NCBI GenBank assembly: GCA_039809325.1
Contig: JBDHUS010000003.1
Span: 1-50,756, forward strand
Source of the DNA: Minisyncoccia bacterium
GTDB lineage: Bacteria; Patescibacteriota; Minisyncoccia; Phycocordibacterales; UBA5272
Direction of reading: 5' to 3'
Length of the DNA stretch: 50,756 nucleotides
The translations under genes and the position numbers were made by a program. Below are positions 35,688 to 45,309 of this stretch, piece after piece. The notes under the pieces are model-generated. The model worked only from the letters and a program-made list of their open reading frames with translations. It had not been told where the DNA came from and searched no databases. Every line of letters starts with the position of its first letter. Within the stretch, counting starts at the first letter, position 1.

Positions 35688-36389
35688 ATGGAAGGATTAA
35701 ATAATATAAACAAAATAGAATCTAAAGTAGAAACTTTGCCAATAGTAGAACTTGAAGAATTTAAAAGTAAAAGAGATGTAAGAGGGAAGGAAAGTGATAA
35801 AATATTTAAATTTGTAAGAAAAGTAGGAATGGAAGATGGTACTGGAAATAAAAGAGAAATAAATTCATATTTTTTAAATGAAGACATTGGAGAATTTAAA
35901 TATTCATTTGAATTAATAGAAGATTATCTACCTCATAGAAGTGGTAATTATCAGTTTTCTTTTGAGACAGAGTATGAATGGTCACGAACCAAAATAACTA
36001 AAGAAGAAAACAATAAACTATTTTCAAAAATAAAAAGCTTTTTTGAAAGTGTATATAATGATAATAAAGAAAATTTTAAAAATATTTGGATGATTTTCTC
36101 TAATACTGGAAGCACAAAAGAAGAAATGGATACATGTATTAGTGAAATTTTAAAACTAAATAAAAGTAAAACTAAAGAAGAATTATTAGAGAGAGGAAAA
36201 ATTATTATACAAGAAGAGTATAAAAAATTATATGGAGAAGATTTTAATTTTACTAAAAGTAGTAAAAAATACGAAAATTTAAGAATGAGACTTTTTAATT
36301 CTATTTTTAGAGAAAGATTTCATAATTGGGAAACTAATATTTATGAAGATCCATATGAAAGTACCAAACTTATTTTATCTAGAAAATAG
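35688..36389 (+). CDS. Hypothetical protein
   Basis: 233-aa ORF tightly packed between rmuC and murD. Confidence 0.7.
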   Translation: MEGLNNINKIESKVETLPIVELEEFKSKRDVRGKESDKIFKFVRKVGMEDGTGNKREINSYFLNEDIGEFKYSFELIEDYLPHRSGNYQFSFETEYEWSRTKITKEENNKLFSKIKSFFESVYNDNKENFKNIWMIFSNTGSTKEEMDTCISEILKLNKSKTKEELLERGKIIIQEEYKKLYGEDFNFTKSSKKYENLRMRLFNSIFRERFHNWETNIYEDPYESTKLILSRK

Positions 36390-36399
36390 TTAAAATATT

Positions 36400-37866
36400 A
36401 TGAAAAAAATTAATTATCAAAAATATTTTGAAAATAAAAATATAACTAAACAAGGCTTTGGGATTTTAGGAAGAGGGCTTGGAGTGGTGAAGTTTTTATT
36501 AAATAATGGAGCAAATGTTTTGATAACAGATAATAAAGAAGAATCTTTTTTTACTGAGCAGATTTTAGAATTAAAAGAATGGATGAAGAATAAAAATATA
36601 AATGAAGATAGGATTAAATTTATTTTTGGTGAACATAGAATGCAAGATTTTATTTCTCCTCATTATATAATATCTGCTAGTGGTGTAGCAAAGAATAATA
36701 TTTATATAAGGGGTGCAAAAGAAAAACATATATCAGTTTATCAAGAAAGTTCTTTATTTTTAAAAATTATAAGAGATTTTAATCAAAATTTAGAAGAAAA
36801 AAATAAGATAAAAATTATTTCTATAACTGGCACAAGAGGCAAAACTACAACGACACAATTAATATATAAAATATTAAAAGATTATTTTGAATTAAATATA
36901 AAAGACAGAAATATATTTTTAGCTGGAAATATACAAGGAATATCTACTATTGAATTATTAGAAAAAGTAAATGAGAAAGATACTATAGTAATGGAAGTTG
37001 ATTCTTGGCTCGCCCAAGGTTTTAGAGATATAAAATTTGCTCCAAATGTGGCGGTATTTACAAATTTAATGCATGATCATATGAATTATTATAATGGTGA
37101 TATGTCAGAGTATTTTTTAGATAAAGCTCAAACCTTTTTATATCAAAATGAAAAAGATTTACTAGTTGGAACTTTCGAACTTCCAAAATATATTAATGAA
37201 TATTTAAATAAAGAAGACATAGAAAATTATAAAAACTCAAAATCTAGAAAAATTTTCATATCAAAAGAAGACATTTTAAATGATGAAAAAATTTTTGAAA
37301 GTAAATTAATTGGAGAACATAATAAAATAAATATTTCTATAGCGAAAGAAGTAGCAAAAGAACTAGGAGTAGAAATAGAATCTATTAAAAATTCTATAAA
37401 AAATTTTTCTGGAGTTTCTGGAAGATTAGAATTTGTAAAAGAAGAAAATAGAGTAAAATATTATAATGACACTACAGCTACTACTGGCGAAGCTACTATT
37501 GCTGCAATTAATGCTTTTAAGGATGATAATAGTAAAATAATTTTAATTACTGGTGGGCGAGATAAAGAGCTTGAAATAGAAAATTATACAGAAAAATTAA
37601 TTTTAGAAAAAGAAAATAATAAAATAAAAAAGATAATTTTTTTGAATGATAATACAACAACAGGTACAAAGAAAGTTTTAGATTTAATGAAAGAGAAGAA
37701 TTTTAAAGATTATCTTTTAGCAGAAAATTTAAAAGAAGCAATTGATTTGGTAAAAGAGCTTTTAGAAGATGGGGATATAATATTATTTTCACCTGGATTT
37801 GCTAGTTTTGGAATGTTTCTGAATGAATATGATAGAGGTGAGAGATTTTTGGAATTGATAAAATAG
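36400..37866 (+). CDS. murD: UDP-N-acetylmuramoyl-L-alanine--D-glutamate ligase
   Basis: ITGTRGKTTTT, DHMNYY, GRLE, YYNDTTAT, GGRDK, FSPGFASFGMF.NEYDRGERF. Confidence 0.95.
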   Translation: MKKINYQKYFENKNITKQGFGILGRGLGVVKFLLNNGANVLITDNKEESFFTEQILELKEWMKNKNINEDRIKFIFGEHRMQDFISPHYIISASGVAKNNIYIRGAKEKHISVYQESSLFLKIIRDFNQNLEEKNKIKIISITGTRGKTTTTQLIYKILKDYFELNIKDRNIFLAGNIQGISTIELLEKVNEKDTIVMEVDSWLAQGFRDIKFAPNVAVFTNLMHDHMNYYNGDMSEYFLDKAQTFLYQNEKDLLVGTFELPKYINEYLNKEDIENYKNSKSRKIFISKEDILNDEKIFESKLIGEHNKINISIAKEVAKELGVEIESIKNSIKNFSGVSGRLEFVKEENRVKYYNDTTATTGEATIAAINAFKDDNSKIILITGGRDKELEIENYTEKLILEKENNKIKKIIFLNDNTTTGTKKVLDLMKEKNFKDYLLAENLKEAIDLVKELLEDGDIILFSPGFASFGMFLNEYDRGERFLELIK

Positions 37867-37894
37867 TGATGCAATAATAATAGATATTCAAAAT

Positions 37895-38125
37895 TTGTCG
37901 ATTAACAAAAAATCTACTTCATTTATTGAAAGAGAAGGAGGACAAGGTTTTGTGCTTGCTGTAGAATATAAAGCTTCAGAAGATTATATTAAAAAAATGC
38001 TAACTAAATTTATTAAAAAAGCAGGATTTAAAATGGTTTCAAGTAAAATCTCTGATACAGAAGATGTTTATATTTGTGAAGTGGAAAGAAAGTTTGAATT
38101 TGCTCCTCCTCCAGGAATAGATTAA
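37895..38125 (+). CDS. Small hypothetical protein or 5'-truncated remnant
   Basis: Coding-like frame open from 37862 with only a TTG start. Confidence 0.4.
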   Translation: MSINKKSTSFIEREGGQGFVLAVEYKASEDYIKKMLTKFIKKAGFKMVSSKISDTEDVYICEVERKFEFAPPPGID

Positions 38126-38168
38126 GAAATTATTGTTTTTACACCCTGAAAAAATTATGGTGTTTTAT

Positions 38169-38197
38169 TTGCAAAAATCTTTAATCTGTGCTAATAT
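38169..38197 (+). promoter_or_regulatory. Promoter of rplU
   Basis: TTGCAA-N17-TAATAT with TG extension. Confidence 0.6.
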
Positions 38198-38242
38198 TAT
38201 ATTATTAAAAAACTTTAATTTATTAATAATTTATTGAAAAAT

Positions 38243-38560
38243 ATGACTAATTTCGCTGTAATGAAAACTGGTGGAAAACAATATAAAGTTTCAGCAGGAT
38301 CAAAACTTAAAATAGAAAAGATAATTGGAGACTATAAAATAGGGGATAAATTATCTTTTGAAAATATTCTTCTTCTTGCTAATGGTGATGATGTAAAAGT
38401 TGGAGCACCATATCTATCTGGTGGAAAAGTAGAAGCAGAGATTATAGATATTGCGAAGCATAAGACTGTAGAAGTAGTAAAATATATGCCAAAGTCTAGA
38501 TATTTTAAGAAAAATGGTCATAGACAACCATATTTTGAAATTAAAGTTTTATCTATATAA
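38243..38560 (+). CDS. rplU: 50S ribosomal protein bL21
   Basis: FAVMKTGGKQYKV, VGAPY, GHRQPY; ATG 38243. Confidence 0.97.
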   Translation: MTNFAVMKTGGKQYKVSAGSKLKIEKIIGDYKIGDKLSFENILLLANGDDVKVGAPYLSGGKVEAEIIDIAKHKTVEVVKYMPKSRYFKKNGHRQPYFEIKVLSI

Positions 38561-38584
38561 TTAATTTTATAATTAAATTATAAA

Positions 38585-38628
38585 AAATAAAAATCTCTCA
38601 ATTATTTTAACTCGAGAGATTTTTATTT
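38585..38628. terminator. Bidirectional terminator between rplU and recR
   Basis: AAATAAAAATCTCTC/GAGAGATTTTTATTT. Confidence 0.75.
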
Positions 38629-38642
38629 ATACATATTACTTT

Positions 38643-39275
38643 TTATTCTCTATGATTAAAAGCTTCTTTAAATGTATTTTTATCTACATATTCAATATCT
38701 AGTCCAGTAGAAAGTCCCCGAGCGAGAGTAGACATTTTAACTTTATCAATTCCTACTATTTGAGAAAGAGTTTTCTTTAAATAGTTTATTGTGTTTTCTC
38801 CTTCATCTGTTGCTGGGAGCGCAAAGATTATTTCAGATATTTTCTTTTCTTCTTCTTCATTTTGCAAATTCTTGTGAAGAAGATTTACCAGCTCACGAAT
38901 ATTTATAACTTCACTTGGCTTTTCTGTTAAAAATGGTAATACATTTCCCAGAACAAAATATTTTCCATTATAAAATCCTGTCTTTTCTATAGCATCTATA
39001 TCAAGTTCTTTTACTATTATCATCAACTTTTCATTATCTCTATTTATATTTTCACATATAGAGCAGAGAGATGTATTTGCTCCATTTTTACTAAAAACTC
39101 GCAAACACTTTATACAAATATTTGCTGAATCTTTTAAAGCTTCAATATTTCTAGCTAATTCACTTTTATATTCATTTTTAGTACGAAGTAAATAATACAC
39201 AAAACGCGCGGCTTGTTTAGGACCAATGCCAGGGAATTTTAAAAATAATTCTTGTAATTTTTCTGAAGGGTTCAT
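38643..39275 (-). CDS. recR: Recombination mediator RecR
   Basis: HhH PGIGPKQAAR, C4 zinc finger CIKC...CSIC, Toprim region, LARGLSTGLDIEYVD. Confidence 0.95.
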   Translation of the reverse strand: MNPSEKLQELFLKFPGIGPKQAARFVYYLLRTKNEYKSELARNIEALKDSANICIKCLRVFSKNGANTSLCSICENINRDNEKLMIIVKELDIDAIEKTGFYNGKYFVLGNVLPFLTEKPSEVINIRELVNLLHKNLQNEEEEKKISEIIFALPATDEGENTINYLKKTLSQIVGIDKVKMSTLARGLSTGLDIEYVDKNTFKEAFNHRE

Positions 39276-39280
39276 AATAT

Positions 39281-40765
39281 TTAAAATTCATGAGAATTAA
39301 TATTTGGCATTTCAAAATCACCAAATTCATTTTTGTCGATAGACAGAAATGAGGTTTTCTTATTATCAAAGTATAATTCCACTATGCCAGTTGGACCATT
39401 TCTATGTTTTTCTATTAATATTTCTACAACATTTTTTTTATCAGATTCTCCCTTATCCCCATATTTATCTTCTCGATGAATTAGCATTACCACATCAGCA
39501 TCTTGCTCTATAGATCCAGAATCACGAAGATCAGATAGGCGAGGTTTGCCTCCACGAGACTCCACTGCACGAGAAAGCTGGGAAAGAGCAATCACAGGCA
39601 CATTAAATTCTTTTGCGAGACCTTTGAGTGAACGAGAGATTTCTGTTACTTGATTTACAATATTGTCATAACTTTTTGAAGTTCCCATAAGTTGCAGATA
39701 GTCTACAATAACAAGTCCAACTGGTTTTTCATGACTTATTTTTCGTAATACTGAGCGCATATTCATAGCTGTATTTGCAGGCTTATCATCTATATAAATA
39801 GGAGCTTGCATAAGTTTATGCATTCCTTCTTGAAGTCTTTCTATTTCTTCATCCATATTAAGTTTTCCAGTACGAAGCTTCCATCCATCAACTTGTGCTT
39901 CTGCTGAGAGCATTCTATCTACAAGTTGCTGTTTACTCATTTCAAGAGAAAATACTACAGTAGTCACACCTGATTTAACAGCTGCATTACGAGCAATGTC
40001 GAGAGCAAATGAAGTTTTACCAACAGATGGACGAGCTGCTAAGATTATTAAGTCAGATTTTTGAAAGCCAGATAATTTATTATCAAGATCTTTGAAACCA
40101 CTAGGAACTCCACGCACTTCATGTTGATTTTCTGCTAAATGAATAAAGCGAGATATCGTCTCTTCTCCTAAATCTTTCATAGAAGTAAAGTTTGAATTAT
40201 TATTTGAGCCAAATGTAATTTCAAAAATCTTTCTTTCTGCTTCTTCTAGTATTGCTTCAAGCTCTTCTTCCTCACGAAAAGCAGATTCTCCAATATGACT
40301 TCCTGCTAATATTAATTTTCTTAAAATAGACTTCTTTTTTACTATTTCCGCATAATAAATAATATTTGCAGCAGAGCCCACGAGTCCAAGTAATGAAGAT
40401 AAATAATCAGTTCCACCAATTTGTTCTAATTCTTTTTTTTCACGAAGCTTTGCCGAAACAGTTAAAAGATCAACAGGATCTTTTTTGTTTATTAAATCAA
40501 CAATAGTATCAAATATTATTTTATGTTTTTCAGAGTAAAAATCATTTCTATCTACAATATGTCCAATTTCAAAAAAAGAATCTGACACAAGCAGAAGTGA
40601 ACCTAGTAATGCTTTTTCAGTTTCAAGATCTTGGGGAGGAATACGAAGTGAAGACAATTCATCAAAAGGCGAAAGAATATCTTTTTTTTGCCAGTCTTTT
40701 TTAAAATTATTTTTACTTTTATTTTCTTGTTTATTATTGCGAGCAAGATCTTGTGGAGTTAGCAT
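39281..40765 (-). CDS. dnaB: Replicative DNA helicase DnaB
   Basis: PPQDLETEKALLG, AARPSVGKT, VDYLQLM, SQLSRAVE, LRDSGSIEQDAD, KHRNGPTG; ATG 40765 or TTG 40774. Confidence 0.98.
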   Translation of the reverse strand: MLTPQDLARNNKQENKSKNNFKKDWQKKDILSPFDELSSLRIPPQDLETEKALLGSLLLVSDSFFEIGHIVDRNDFYSEKHKIIFDTIVDLINKKDPVDLLTVSAKLREKKELEQIGGTDYLSSLLGLVGSAANIIYYAEIVKKKSILRKLILAGSHIGESAFREEEELEAILEEAERKIFEITFGSNNNSNFTSMKDLGEETISRFIHLAENQHEVRGVPSGFKDLDNKLSGFQKSDLIILAARPSVGKTSFALDIARNAAVKSGVTTVVFSLEMSKQQLVDRMLSAEAQVDGWKLRTGKLNMDEEIERLQEGMHKLMQAPIYIDDKPANTAMNMRSVLRKISHEKPVGLVIVDYLQLMGTSKSYDNIVNQVTEISRSLKGLAKEFNVPVIALSQLSRAVESRGGKPRLSDLRDSGSIEQDADVVMLIHREDKYGDKGESDKKNVVEILIEKHRNGPTGIVELYFDNKKTSFLSIDKNEFGDFEMPNINSHEF

Positions 40766-40901
40766 ATATTTCAAATATATTATTTAATTAATAATAATTA
40801 AATGATAACAAAATTATTACACTTGATTCCAATTAGATTTTATTGCGATATAAGTGTAAAAAGTGGATAACTAATTTTAAGATATATTTAATAAGAATAT
40901 T

Positions 40902-42152
40902 TTAAGATAGATTTAATCTAAAATATTTATCAAAAAATATTAAAAGAGTATATTTTTCCTCGTTTTTGATATTTTTATCATTTATGAGAGCCCACATTTT
41001 TGAAAGAGCTACAGATGTATTAAGATCATCATGCATAGCAAAAACAAAATCTTTTTTATATTTTAAAGACTCTCTTGATAAATTCTCTAATGTTATTCTT
41101 TCTTTTCGATTTTCTGAAATAGATATAAATTTCTTTTTTAATTTTTTAAAAGCATTGTCAGCAGCCTCAAGTGATTCCCAAGAAAATTTTAATTCTTTTC
41201 TATAATGAGTCATTAAGAGTAGATATTTATATGAAATAGGAGAAATATTTTTATCTAAAATAGAGTTTAATCTTAAAAATTCTCCTGAACTTTTACTCAT
41301 TTTACCTTTATCAGAATTAAGAAAATTAACATGCATCCAATAATTTACGAATCTTTTCTCATCTTCTAAAGAACATTCACTTTGAGCTATTTCATTTGTA
41401 TGATGAACTGGTATAAGGTCAATCCCGCCAGTATGAATATCAATATGATTTCCTAAAACAGCTCTACTCATTGAGCTACACTCTATATGCCAACCAGGAA
41501 AGCCTATTCCCCAAGGAGAATCCCACTCCATTTGTCTTTTTCCATTTTTAGAAGAAAATTTCCAAAGAGCAAAGTCTGTTTTATTTTTCTTTTCATTTTT
41601 TTCATCTTCTACTCTTTTTCCTTTTTGAAGTCCTTCTATATCAAGATGAGCAAGCTCTGTATATTTTGAAAATTTTGAAGTATCAAAATATATCCCATCA
41701 CTTATTTTATATGTATATCCTTTTTCTTCTAGAATTTTTACCATATTTATTTGCTCTTCTATATAGTCAGTAGCACGAGTCCAAATAAATTTATCCTTAT
41801 CAATATTTAAAGAAAGAATATCAGAAAAAAATGCATCTGTATAATACTTTGCAATATCCCAAACATTTTTACCTTCTCTTTGTGCACCTTTTTCCATTTT
41901 ATCTTCTCCATCATCAGCATCAGAGACTAAATGCCCTACATCTGTAATATTTATTTGATGTTTAACATTATATCTAGCTTGTTTTAATGTATTATTTAAA
42001 ATATCAGCAAATACAAATGTTCTTAAATTTCCTATATGAGCATAATGATAAACAGTAGGACCACAAGAATAAATTAATACTTTGCCTTCATTTATTGGTA
42101 GAAATAATTCTTTTTCTCTAGAGAGAGTATTGTATAGATAAATTTTTTCCAT
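40902..42152 (-). CDS. cysS: Cysteine--tRNA ligase, C-terminally short
   Basis: YSCGPTVY, HIGN, GFPGWHIECS, HHTNEIAQ, KMSKS, DDLNT. Confidence 0.97.
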   Translation of the reverse strand: MEKIYLYNTLSREKELFLPINEGKVLIYSCGPTVYHYAHIGNLRTFVFADILNNTLKQARYNVKHQINITDVGHLVSDADDGEDKMEKGAQREGKNVWDIAKYYTDAFFSDILSLNIDKDKFIWTRATDYIEEQINMVKILEEKGYTYKISDGIYFDTSKFSKYTELAHLDIEGLQKGKRVEDEKNEKKNKTDFALWKFSSKNGKRQMEWDSPWGIGFPGWHIECSSMSRAVLGNHIDIHTGGIDLIPVHHTNEIAQSECSLEDEKRFVNYWMHVNFLNSDKGKMSKSSGEFLRLNSILDKNISPISYKYLLLMTHYRKELKFSWESLEAADNAFKKLKKKFISISENRKERITLENLSRESLKYKKDFVFAMHDDLNTSVALSKMWALINDKNIKNEEKYTLLIFFDKYFRLNLS

Positions 42153-42230
42153 ATTAATTATAATAATATATTAACATAATTTAATATTAATACTATTTTT
42201 TGAATATTATGATATAATTATAATATTATT

Positions 42231-43487
42231 ATGGGTTTAAAAAGTTTTTTTTATCGCAAATTTAATAATAAAAATACAAAATATATTTATTTTGTAGTTA
42301 TTGCGTTATTCTTTTTTACATTTGGATATTTTTTTAGTAATTATACAAATTCAAGTTTGCTTTCTTCTGCATCAGCAGCAGAAGAAAAATATAAAGTTAA
42401 TTTAGATAAATTATTAAATGAAGTCCAATATTATTTAAATTCTGATTTTATATCCTGGAAAACTAATTATAAATCTCCAACAAATAATGATTTATTATAT
42501 GGAATGTTAAAAGGTTATGTTAATGCATATAATGATCCATATACAGAATTTTTTACCCCTACTGAATCAAAACAATTCGAAGAAGATATTAAAGGTAGTT
42601 TTGGAGGAATAGGAGCTATGATAGGGTATAAAGATAAAAATCCAGCCATAATGTCTGTTTTAAAAGACTCGCCAGCTGAAAGATCAGGATTAAAAGGTGG
42701 AGATATATTGATTTCTGTAGATGGTGAATTTGTACAAGATAAATCTATTGATGAAATAGTTAGAATGGTAAGGGGAGAGATTGGTAAAATAGTATCATTA
42801 GAAGTTGTACATAATGGAGATACTAAAATAACTAAATTAGAGATAAAAAGAGAAGAGATTAAAACTCCAATAATAGATACAGAAATTCGTGATGATGTAT
42901 TTATAATTCACTTTTATTCTTTCACACAAGATTCTGCTTCTAGATTTAAAAAGGCTCTTGAAGAATTTTATTCTTCTCATAAAAAATATTTGATTATAGA
43001 TGTTAGAGGAAATGGTGGAGGATATTTAGATTCTGCAATAGATATAGCATCATTTTTCTTGCCAAAAGATAAAGTTGTAGTAGTAGAAAAAGGCTCTAAA
43101 AAAGAATCAAACAATACAGATTTTTCAAAAGGTTATAATTATTTAATAGATAAAAATACTAAAATAGCTATTTTAATAGACGGAGGATCAGCCTCAGCAT
43201 CAGAAATTTTAGCAGGAGCTTTGAAAGATAATGGAGTAGCGATAGTAATAGGAGAGAAATCTTTTGGAAAAGGTAGTGTTCAACAATTAGTAAAACTTTC
43301 TGATGGGTCTGATTTGAAATTAACAGTGGCAAAATGGTTTACTCCAAAAGGTGTAAATATTTCAGAGGAAGGTATAGAGCCAGATATAATAGCTTCTTCA
43401 ACTAAAGAGATAAAATTCGATAAAGATAAAAATATAATAGATACTCAATTAGATGAAGCTATTAAAATAATTAAAAAGATAAAATAA
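42231..43487 (+). CDS. S41 family carboxy-terminal processing protease (CtpA-like)
   Basis: DPYT, PDZ domain GIGA...SPAE, DVRGNGGG, SASASEI, FGKGSVQ. Confidence 0.95.
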   Translation: MGLKSFFYRKFNNKNTKYIYFVVIALFFFTFGYFFSNYTNSSLLSSASAAEEKYKVNLDKLLNEVQYYLNSDFISWKTNYKSPTNNDLLYGMLKGYVNAYNDPYTEFFTPTESKQFEEDIKGSFGGIGAMIGYKDKNPAIMSVLKDSPAERSGLKGGDILISVDGEFVQDKSIDEIVRMVRGEIGKIVSLEVVHNGDTKITKLEIKREEIKTPIIDTEIRDDVFIIHFYSFTQDSASRFKKALEEFYSSHKKYLIIDVRGNGGGYLDSAIDIASFFLPKDKVVVVEKGSKKESNNTDFSKGYNYLIDKNTKIAILIDGGSASASEILAGALKDNGVAIVIGEKSFGKGSVQQLVKLSDGSDLKLTVAKWFTPKGVNISEEGIEPDIIASSTKEIKFDKDKNIIDTQLDEAIKIIKKIK

Positions 43488-43489
43488 AA

Positions 43490-43513
43490 ATTCTCGCTTT
43501 TTAAGGCGAGAAT
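43490..43513. terminator. Bidirectional terminator
   Basis: ATTCTCGCTTT/AAGGCGAGAAT between convergent genes. Confidence 0.7.
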
Positions 43514-43516
43514 ATT

Positions 43517-43801
43517 TTAGAATTCTTTTCCACAAGAGACACAAGTTTTATGTACTTTTCTAAATAGATTAAAAGGATTCAAAGAAAACTCTATATCAGA
43601 ATAATAGTCCAAATGTGGACATATTTTCTGAATTTGAATAATAGTCTCTTTTATCTTTTTTAAAGAAGGAAGAATTTCTTCTTTATCTTTATTTATTAAA
43701 GTAAATAAAAAGTAATTTTGTAAAAGACCTGGAAAGAATTTTATTGCAAATTTTAATTCTTGAATCTGAATATTTTTTTCAGATATTTTTTCAGGGTTCA
43801 T
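43517..43801 (-). CDS. Small hypothetical protein with a possible zinc site
   Basis: CPH...CVSCG at the C-terminus; own TTGACA-N17-TAAAAT promoter (43845-43873, minus). Confidence 0.6.
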   Translation of the reverse strand: MNPEKISEKNIQIQELKFAIKFFPGLLQNYFLFTLINKDKEEILPSLKKIKETIIQIQKICPHLDYYSDIEFSLNPFNLFRKVHKTCVSCGKEF

Positions 43802-43901
43802 TATTGTATTTTATATTTGTGAAAAGAAATAATTATCTTTTAATATTTTATTAAATTAAAATATTTTTGTCAAAAATAAATTATTTTGATATATTTAAAA
43901 T

Positions 43902-44366
43902 ATGAAAGTAATTTTTATTCAAAATGTAGCAAAACAAGGACAAATAGGAGAAGTAAAAGATGTCTCAGATGGATTTGCTATAAATGTGCTTATACCAAAG
44001 AGTCAAGCCATAAGAGCTACAAAAGAAGCTATTTTAAAATTAGAAAAAGAAAAAAAAGATAAAGAATTAAAAAAAGAAATTAATAAGAATCTTTTCTTAA
44101 GTGCTATTAATGATTTAGAAAAAGAATTAAAAGAGAATAGTAATGGATTTTTAGAGATTGAAGTTAAAAATAAAGACAAAAATGGAAATCTTTTTGCGCA
44201 AATAAAGAATATAGATATTATAGATAGTATATATAAAAAAATAAAAATATCTCTAAACCAAGATCAGATAATATTGCCAAAAGAACATATTAAAAAAATA
44301 GGGGAATATGAGGTGGAAGTGAAAGATAAAGAGAATAGGAAGAAAATAAAGGTGATGGTGAAATAG
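43902..44366 (+). CDS. rplI: 50S ribosomal protein bL9
   Basis: MKVIFIQNVAKQGQIGEVKDVSDGFAINVLIPK, GNLFA, IKKIGEYEV. Confidence 0.95.
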   Translation: MKVIFIQNVAKQGQIGEVKDVSDGFAINVLIPKSQAIRATKEAILKLEKEKKDKELKKEINKNLFLSAINDLEKELKENSNGFLEIEVKNKDKNGNLFAQIKNIDIIDSIYKKIKISLNQDQIILPKEHIKKIGEYEVEVKDKENRKKIKVMVK

Positions 44367-44405
44367 AATTCAGGGGCGGTGCCTCCGGCACCGCCCCTGA
44401 ATTCT
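44365..44405. repeat. GC-rich perfect inverted repeat (19-bp arms), REP-like or terminator
   Basis: AGAATTCAGGGGCGGTGCC-TCC-GGCACCGCCCCTGAATTCT. Confidence 0.85.
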
Positions 44406-44420
44406 CACTCAAAATCTTCC

Positions 44421-44449
44421 TTGACAAATATATTTAACTATGATATACT
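44421..44449 (+). promoter_or_regulatory. Near-consensus sigma70 promoter
   Basis: TTGACA-N17-TATACT with TG extension. Confidence 0.8.
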
Positions 44450-44498
44450 GATAAGTAGTGTTAAATTCATTTATTTATAAAATTTAAAAAATATTGTA

Positions 44499-44954
44499 AT
44501 GAAAAAAATATTCTTCTTTGTCTTTTTTATTTTTTCTTTTGATTTTGCATTTGGTCAAATCCAATACTCACCAGAAAAATGTATTTCTTTCTGGAAAGCT
44601 GAGCTTTCTAAAAAAGAAATCCAAAGTATGAATACTTCGATACAAGAGTATTCGCTATTTGGGGAAAGATATTTTTTGGTAGCCGGAGAGGAAGGATTCA
44701 ATATCGACCCAAGACCTTTACTGGTAAAGCCGGTAGATAACAAGCTTGGATTTATTGAGATTCAAAATCTTTACCCTGAACCAGGTAATGCTGCGCCAGA
44801 TTCAGAACTTATTAAAGAAATGAGAAAGAAAAACACCATTGAAATCCTTCGTGGTTGTTTTGTGGTAAGAGTACATTTCTTTAGTGAAGCAAAACTTATT
44901 GGTTTTATCTGGAAGAAATTTCCAAATGCAGACTATTGGAATTGGCAATATTAG
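44499..44954 (+). CDS. Hypothetical exported protein
   Basis: Signal peptide MKKIFFFVFFIFSFDFAFG; own promoter and terminator. Confidence 0.7.
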   Translation: MKKIFFFVFFIFSFDFAFGQIQYSPEKCISFWKAELSKKEIQSMNTSIQEYSLFGERYFLVAGEEGFNIDPRPLLVKPVDNKLGFIEIQNLYPEPGNAAPDSELIKEMRKKNTIEILRGCFVVRVHFFSEAKLIGFIWKKFPNADYWNWQY

Positions 44955-44977
44955 GTTAAAAAATTAAAGAAAAAAAT

Positions 44978-45010
44978 AAAACCACTTTACAAGAAGTGGT
45001 TTTTTATTTT
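44978..45010. terminator. Bidirectional terminator
   Basis: AAAACCACTT/AAGTGGTTTT flanked by A and T runs. Confidence 0.75.
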
Positions 45011-45283
45011 TTAGATAATGTTTACAACTTTTTTCATTATTGTAGTATTATCAAATTTTACTTGTCTTTTATTTGAGAATGATACTTTTCCTTCCTTTAA
45101 TGCAAATAGAGTATGATCTTTACCTATACCTACATTTTTACCAGCTAGGAATTTTGTTCCTCTTTGACGAATAAGTATATTACCTGCTTTTACAGATTCT
45201 CCAGAGCCTTTTTTAAGACCAAGATACTTTGGTTGACTATCTCTCAGGTTTTTTGCGGTTCCGGCCGCCTTTCTTGTTGCCAT
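45011..45283 (-). CDS. rpmA: 50S ribosomal protein bL27
   Basis: [35 protein letters not shown]. Confidence 0.98.
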   Translation of the reverse strand: MATRKAAGTAKNLRDSQPKYLGLKKGSGESVKAGNILIRQRGTKFLAGKNVGIGKDHTLFALKEGKVSFSNKRQVKFDNTTIMKKVVNII

Positions 45284-45309
45284 ATTTTTAGTATATAATT
45301 AATTTATTT

